DNA of 59,670 bases, the filler included, from Sphacelaria rigidula (taxonomy: Eukaryota): the NCBI GenBank assembly GCA_964200075.2. It is 3 parts of 3 records of this genome, joined end to end, with 100 filler letters (N's around TTAATTAATTAA, not from the genome) between each part and the next. Parts side by side here need not be neighbours in the genome. Positions count along the whole stretch, not along the records: positions 39,850 to 59,670 come from CAXNAA020000606.1; 2 more parts are not named here. One strand, written 5' to 3'. The notes under the pieces were generated by a model, which saw only the letters and a program-made list of their open reading frames with translations, was not told the DNA's origin and ran no database searches. Positions 53,601 to 59,670 of this stretch are shown one piece after another. The translations under genes were made by a program, and so were the position numbers. Numbering within the stretch: the stretch's first letter is position 1; the number at the start of each line of letters is the position of its first letter.

Positions 53601-55698
53601 TCCCCTCTGGATAAGAAGTTGGTATAGCCACAAACGTCCCCCCCTCCACCTCCCCACTCCGTACCCCCTGTTGTTTCTCAAATTAGAGGTTTCCAGAGTA
53701 TGATCCTGAGAAATCCGGCTGCGTGCGCCAACGAACAATGATGCTTTTCTGGTTGTTCCTTCTGTTTTTGTTTGTTGTTTTCGCCCTTTCTCGTTTATTG
53801 TCGCTGCTGCTTATAGCTACTTGTGGTACATTGCAGGCGAACGCCACAGCAATAGCAACCCTCCTACCCTCCCGTCTCTGTTGAACGTACGCGAATGATT
53901 TATGCGAATGCAGCACGTCCATTTCGAACAGCAAGAAGGTGCCCGTCACGTGCCTCGTCGTGGACGCCATTCCGCGCTCAGCCGACGACGTCATCAAGGT
54001 GATGTTGCGCAACACATCAAGAGAGGCAGTGTTGCTGTCGTTGAAAGCTTGATTGGAAGTAACTTGAAAAAAAAAACTTTTGTCGCTTCCCAGGATGTCA
54101 ACATCTTCGTGTCAATACTGCACTTTCGATTCTGTCACGTCAGTGGCACCACTGATAGAAGTAACGGTAGCTCGAAGCCACTGCAGATTGTTGGGATTGC
54201 GACAGAATTTCCCCATCTTCTGGCATTCAACAAAATATCATGAAACGCGCAATAACCTTGGGAGATCGGCAGGGTGGAATGGTTGATTGGGAGTACGTCG
54301 ATTGGCTGGGGGAGGCCTGACTGGGGTACATGCTGCAATGTTCTGGCCAGAACCCAACGGGTACTTCAGGTAGGACTTGACGCCCATGTTTTTTAAGTGC
54401 TTTGATTGCTTGTCTCACATCAACATCGACAGTTACTAACTCATCCGCTGTGAATGCAGACGTGTTCATAACCTTTCGTGCTGCGCAACATAGCGCGGAA
54501 CTGCAGAGTCCTCGAGGGTTCCGAAACTCGGCGCAGCTGATATCAGCTTGTTCACAAGACAGGACGTCTAGCACTGATTTTCGTCAACCGAATGACGTTG
54601 CAACGCTCGGGGCAGAACACCACCCCTCAATGCTCAAAACATAGTCATAGCGTCTGACCTAAGAACGTTTATGATATTATAGGTATTTCTACACCAGCCC
54701 ACCCCGGCAAGCATCCGCAACTCCGATGCCGTCAACGACGAAGCACTCGTCACCGAAGCGCTGGAGGAATTCGCGGGCGGCGGCGGTGAACAGAGAGCCG
54801 GTGCAGACTATGGTAGATCGCGTTCGTTTTCGGGCAATAGCAACAGTGCTTCTTCGATGGCCAGTGCAGTGAAGACTGGCGTGCGAGGCGTGAGCAAGAG
54901 CCCGTCGAACCACCTGGTGAGAGTACAAAGTTAGGCCGTAACTACCATGTAGGGTTTGGGGTGGTGGCAGTTGGATGGTGGTGCATGGGGGTTAGATGGA
55001 GGTTTGTGATGGCATTTCGGGAATTCATAATGGTGTCGCGCTAAGTCATGATGGTATTGCAGCAGTTCAAACTTGATGATGACATGATGACAATTCATCA
55101 TGGTGTTACCGTAGCCCATGCGCAAACCCTCTGTGTGGATTACTTGTAGTATATTAATAAAATCAGTGATGATGTTACAGTAGCCCATGTCCAGGTCATA
55201 TGTATTGGCGTATGAAAGCGAGCACCCTTGACCAAATGATGACAAGAAAGCAAACTGTAGCACAAATTGCAGACTTCGCGCGGTATCGTATTTTACACTG
55301 GGTATGTGATGGTGTGTTGACATCTGCTTTACTTCGATACTTGTCGCGTAGATTGTTGGGACACCGGGGTTTTAATAGCAAACGCACCCAAACCGCGTCC
55401 GCGCATTCTGGAGAGTACATCAGATATTTCAGTAGCCCACACTGCTGCACACTGGCGTGGAGAATCAACCACAACCAAGACAGCACAAGAGCGTTTGCAC
55501 ATGTCTATTCACGCACGACAAACCGCCAGACATTCTGCTTGTGATGATGTGTGCCTCTCTGTCTTTGCCGTTGTCTCGATGTTTCAGGTGTGGATAGTGA
55601 AAATAGCCCCTCAAGGCGAGATTCAAATCCCTCTGGAGTACACGGTGGAGTGGCCCATGGACAAGGAGGTCGAGTTCAAAGAATCCTACGCTGGTTAG
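41700..55698 (+). CDS. DUF4140/DUF4139 (mucoidy inhibitor MuiA / C. elegans F37C4.5-like) protein, 12 exons recovered, N-terminus missing
   Basis: Exons 41700-41822, 42178-42353, 42663-42792, 43253-43379, 43830-44017, 44701-44876, 45562-45670, 47559-47705, 53091-53170, 53914-53998, 54683-54916 and 55588-55698 are all AG/GT bounded, and phases chain to 561 aa. A coiled coil is followed by the hallmark motifs YMIRGASWSPAYDLRVD...YYGTVSQKTTEDWEGVALILSTAEP, SIFFDNSFVAKT...SPGESFQTFLGIDPAVK, VVDAIPRSADDVIKV and LEYTVEWP. Confidence 0.9.
46615..46872 (+). mobile_element. tRNA-derived SINE copy (degenerate)
   Basis: Box B ggttcaattccc, internal cgaagtatctg, and a 3' part gttgatcc...gtcccgaggaaggggagg shared with 55890-56190. 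Confidence 0.6.
48140..48252 (+). mobile_element. LINE/SINE 3' tail ending in (CAAT)n, copy 2
   Basis: gtctatcatg...ccacgg...ttggggatcagttaaattgcgacaatcaatcaa. Confidence 0.55.
48404..48622. mobile_element. ~220-bp MITE
   Basis: TIR gacactttttacgatagccccaccccaaaa / ttttgggggggtgctatcgtagaaagtgtc. A solo end also occurs at ~32742. Confidence 0.65.
49133..49438 (+). mobile_element. ~300-bp MITE (AACA...TGTT family), copy 2, in a DUF4139 intron
   Basis: aacaacgttttcgtgagattgagagtagag...ctctactctcaatctcacggaaacactgtt, with flanks catc/cata. Confidence 0.8.
49918..49927. other. 10-N assembly gap
   Basis: Run of 10 N inside a DUF4139 intron. Confidence 0.95.
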
Positions 55699-55889
55699 CG
55701 GGCTGTTCCAGAAGCTATTGTTGTGATTCGTCGCTGCGTTTAGGAGCGCGTATGATGTGTAGCCTTCCATGGCGTGAACAGCTGGCGCAGTAATACCTTC
55801 ACAGTGGGATGGGCGTCAGCGTTTGGTCACTAGATTTGTTCCGTTGGACGTGCAGCAGGCGTGAGAGCGTGAATGTACCCGTTTTAAGG

Positions 55890-56190
55890 ACGCGCCCCGG
55901 TCGGTGGTCTAATGGTCCGACTGTCACCATTAGGGTGGAGAGATCGCGCGTTCGATTCCCGACGCGTTGATACTTTTCTCCGAAGTATCTGCTTTCCACA
56001 ATCGAAAGCGGGAGTACGTGAGTAAACGAAAATAAGTTGACTGAGCTGTTTCGACGAGAGTTGACGCGGTGCGGGAGTGCTGATAGTCATGACCCAACCC
56101 ACGAGACCAAAATGCACGGTGTATACCGCGAGAGAGATGAGTTGATCCCTTGAGATGACGGGCTCGTCCCGAGGAAGGGGAGGCGTTCAA
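55890..56190 (+). mobile_element. tRNA-derived SINE
   Basis: Pol III box A TGGTCTAATGG and box B GTTCGATTCCC in a tRNA-like head without a proper cloverleaf. The body is shared with two other copies in the window. Confidence 0.7.
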
Positions 56191-57822
56191 AGTGTGACAA
56201 TAACAAAAATGAAACACTGTGTCATGTGGTGGAAGGGAAGTATTTTGTTGGTTGCTGGTGAGTGGCGCGTGTGTATCGAGAACTCAAGTCGCGTAGGTAG
56301 GTAGCTGTGACACGCGTCCATCGTAGTGTGAGTATACTGTTTTTTCGTGAGGTCGTTGAATTCCACGAGTGAGGTGGGCGCACCGCATTTGCCGAGCTGC
56401 AGTAGTGCGTTGAGGGGTCAAAACCACGGAGATGTCTAGATTGACGGAGTCCATGATGAGAGGATAGGGAGTAAGGGCAGGTAGGTATGTGCAGATAGCG
56501 CCAGTTTTAAGCAGTAGGCGAAAATTATGCAGGTATTGCAATAGAATACACTTGTCGAACTTCAAGGTACGGGTCACGCAGTAGTTGCGATGGTGACGCG
56601 GATATCGCAGTATTAGTGTTCATGGGTGCTAGATTTAATTCAAGCCTCTCAAAGCAGGTGCTCTGGATAAAGCGGAATGTGTAGTAACCCCTCTTGTTTC
56701 AACTTCTTATACCCTTAACTCATCCAACATCAAGACTGTGCAAGCTCCACGAGCTGCCTCCGAATCGCCAAACTCCAAATATGTGAAAACGCACCTTTAA
56801 AATATATAGTGGAGCGATGCGGGCATCGTGCAGAGTGCATCACCTTGTATGCCGTACATCCAGTCATGACATGATATCTCTCCGCCCCCGCAGATCCAGT
56901 ATACCGTTAACATGCACTAAAGTGTACCCGAATCAATCCAAGTGCATGTGCACTAGGACTCAGGTCCGCAATATTCTAACAGCCCCCCTTGCTGATGCTT
57001 GGTCCTGGTCATATCATCACGCAGGAGAACCTTAATTCTATCCAATTGAAATCAAACAGTTTTCGTAACATAAATACTGTGAACCTCGAAAGACTCAGCA
57101 ATGAAAATACCAAAATCGTTGAGAAAATTTACCTCCTACATTACATGCCCCTCTGGTCCTATACCACTTTCCTATTTGCGGGAGTATAATCCATCAAATC
57201 TCAGGCCACGTTTCTTCAAAAATGCATCACAAAAGTGTGCCTCCAAAATCCAAGTCCAATTAAATAAATCAACCAGAAAGAACCCGCAACATACAATGAT
57301 ACATCGAAAGGTTCACGTTGTCAAATCCACCGCCCCCCTGATCTCTTTCGTGACGACATAATTTGATAGGAAACACTTGCATTTCATGTCGAAAATCAAA
57401 CTCAGATGAAGACAATTCAAACTATGTTGGCATCTCGATGATACTAAAAACCGAGACTGAATCACAACAATCAAACCCGAATCGAACTTCGGTAACGTTT
57501 ACGACACAATGTAATAGTGTCGTACCGAGGTCCCTTCGTAAAATCGAAATCCTGAGCTTGTATTTTCACGCTGTTTAGATTCGTGCCAGCTATTCTTACG
57601 CAAAATAATCCCCAACAAGCCCCCAAAAGCCTAGTGAACCATGCTGATTAATTGTTGCAAATCTGATACCTATCAGTCAAATCACTTCAGCCAGACAGTA
57701 GTCACATCAGTCCGCTTTCATTCAAACCCAAATGGTCCAAAGCCTTATCCAGAATCATAATTACGCATAGCATGAATCTACTAGCGAGCTGGAGCTGTGA
57801 AACAGTGTTTTTTTATGGGTTA

Positions 57823-58281
57823 GACAACTTTGTACGGCAACCAATCCGTATTTTTACCTATACGAGGAATTCAGCTCGTTTGAATCCGATTTTCTCCCGT
57901 GGATTGATTTTTCGGACCCCAGTGCGTTGGGCAATCTTTTTCGCCAGCTCTCAGGAAACCAGATCAATTTTCCGATTCTCTGGGCGCTGACTCCTGGTTC
58001 ATCACCTTTCTGCTCAGATCGGGAGACTCTCGCATCTCCCCCGATTTGGGCTCCAGATTCGGGGGAGATGTGGGAGTCTCCCGATCTGAGCAGAAAGGTA
58101 ATAAATATAAAGTCAGCGTCCAGAGAATCGGAGAACTGATATGGTTTCCTCAGAGCTAGGCGAAAAATATTGCCCAACGGACTAGGGTCCAAAAAATCAA
58201 TCCATGGGGGAAAATCGGATATAAACGGGCTGAAATCCTCATAATTGTACAAATGCGGATCGGCTGCCATACAAAGTGGTC
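57823..58281. mobile_element. 459-bp foldback element with TTA TSD (PIF/Harbinger, Tourist-like)
   Basis: The whole element is an imperfect palindrome centred at ~58051 (gacaactttgtacggc...gccatacaaagtggtc), flanked by TTA at 57820-57822 and 58282-58284. Confidence 0.8.
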
Positions 58282-58898
58282 TTAGAGACATTATGGTGAA
58301 ATCTGGACAATATGATCATTTTGCCCTTAACTCATGAAATAACTCTCACTTGTCTTATTAGATTATTGTCATTATGGCCCCAGCGATTCTTGACGCCGAC
58401 TTTAAAATATCCAACTGTCAGAAGTGAGGTAAGAATCGGCCTGCAACCCACAGAACCACGTTCTAGGCTGATCCAGCTCGGGCCGCGTTCGTATGCAACG
58501 CGTAAAAACTGAATCCTAATGGAAAATATCAAGACTTAATATCGCGGTATACTAGTAATTCTGTTCTTCGGACGTCGCTTGGAAGAGATGTTGTAGTGTG
58601 ACGTACCTATGATTGTCGCATTTCGTACAAGCGCCACATTCGTGCTAGTGCAGTAAGAATCAAGAGAACCGAATCCATACTTCACAGCAGCGGGAAAATC
58701 AAGAACCAAAACTTGTGTGACTAGGGTTCGCTAGGGGTGAGGCAGTAGAGTTACGGGTTCCGAAGAAGAATGTTGTCGTGCCCTGCTGCCGGAGGATCTC
58801 CAAAGCGAGGCGTAACTTTCTCTATCTTTCGTCGTTTATGGCAAGGATTTGGCCGTGGCCGATTGTAGACAAGAGGAATAACTGACTGAGCCAGTACG

Positions 58899-59197
58899 AA
58901 CAACGTTTCCGTGAGATTGAGAGTAGAGCGCTGATTGGGAGTGGCTGTTGTAATTTGCCTTAACCTCGCCAATTTTCATTCCGTGTGTGGTTTTCTGCAC
59001 CTCTATCACTAGCGTGTGCTTACAGCTACACGTCGGTATCCTATTCAGGGATATGAAGGGCTTCAGGGAAAAGCTACTACAGGAAGTATATGGAGCCTCG
59101 TGGAGGGGCCTTTTGGGACTGAAACGATTAGCCCATTGATCGACCGCTTTTCACTCTCAATAGTATCCTCTACTCTCAATCTCACGAAAACATTGTT
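58899..59197 (+). mobile_element. ~300-bp MITE (AACA...TGTT family), copy 3
   Basis: aacaacgtttccgtgagattgagagtagag...ctctactctcaatctcacgaaaacattgtt, with a perfect 4-bp TSD TACG. Confidence 0.85.
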
Positions 59198-59452
59198 TAC
59201 GGTAGTACCGCGAACGGTCAACCAGGGTTAATGCGGCGGCTCTTTTATTGCGAGCTCTTTCTACCGGAGACCCCGTTGCCTAGGTTACCAAAAATCTAGT
59301 TTCACGGGTTTGAACGTTTCGAGTTCGCTCAAGTATGTCACTGGCGGTCCCCATTCCTGAGATTGTTTCTCCGGCTTACATGTGCATTCCGGTGTTCATT
59401 ACGCTCATATATAACAGCCGATTCTAAGGGGGTATCTTAGCACTTTTTTTTT

Positions 59453-59630
59453 TATCGAAAAAACGAGCGGTGGAATTGAGTCAAGTGAAAATTTCTCGAA
59501 TTGATGCAGTTGGGTCTGGATGGATTTTCAAGCTTTCGATGGAAAAAAGACAGTGAAATTCGTGAACGGTACATGGTCTGTACTGTTTGCACTGCTTGCA
59601 AGTAGGGTGTGTTGAGTGCGTGTGTGCGTG
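59453..59630 (-). repeat. Dispersed repeat, inverted copy of 2246-2450
   Basis: Reverse-complement match to 2246-2450, as above. Confidence 0.75.
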
Positions 59631-59670
59631 CTTCTTGCGGGAGAAGATAAAGGGGAAGCGGACAATGTGC

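Overview
Eukaryotic, intron-rich and repeat-rich genomic DNA, most consistent with a brown alga (Phaeophyceae; inferred from gene families, intron style and repeat content). Three spliced genes can be rebuilt by hand with canonical GT-AG sites and consistent phases. (1) A 5'-incomplete 7TM-RGS gene on the minus strand (13292-18433). (2) A complete ~1265-aa surface protein with an LNR-like module, Pmp/beta-helix repeats, a Cys-rich linker and ~9 TM helices on the plus strand (27471-36303). (3) A 5'-incomplete 12-exon DUF4140/DUF4139 (MuiA/F37C4.5-like) gene on the plus strand (41700-55698). The rest is mostly non-autonomous mobile DNA: hAT elements with 8-bp TSDs, piggyBac-type mini-MITEs in a TTAA-delimited cluster, a Harbinger-type 459-bp foldback, an unclassified MITE family with 4-bp TSDs, tRNA-derived SINEs, LINE 3' tails, tandem arrays and microsatellites. 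Two 100-nt scaffold linkers (N44-TTAATTAATTAA-N44) mean adjacency across 19.9 kb and 39.8 kb is unverified. Most short ORFs in the track appear spurious. No CRISPR array or intact transposase was found.
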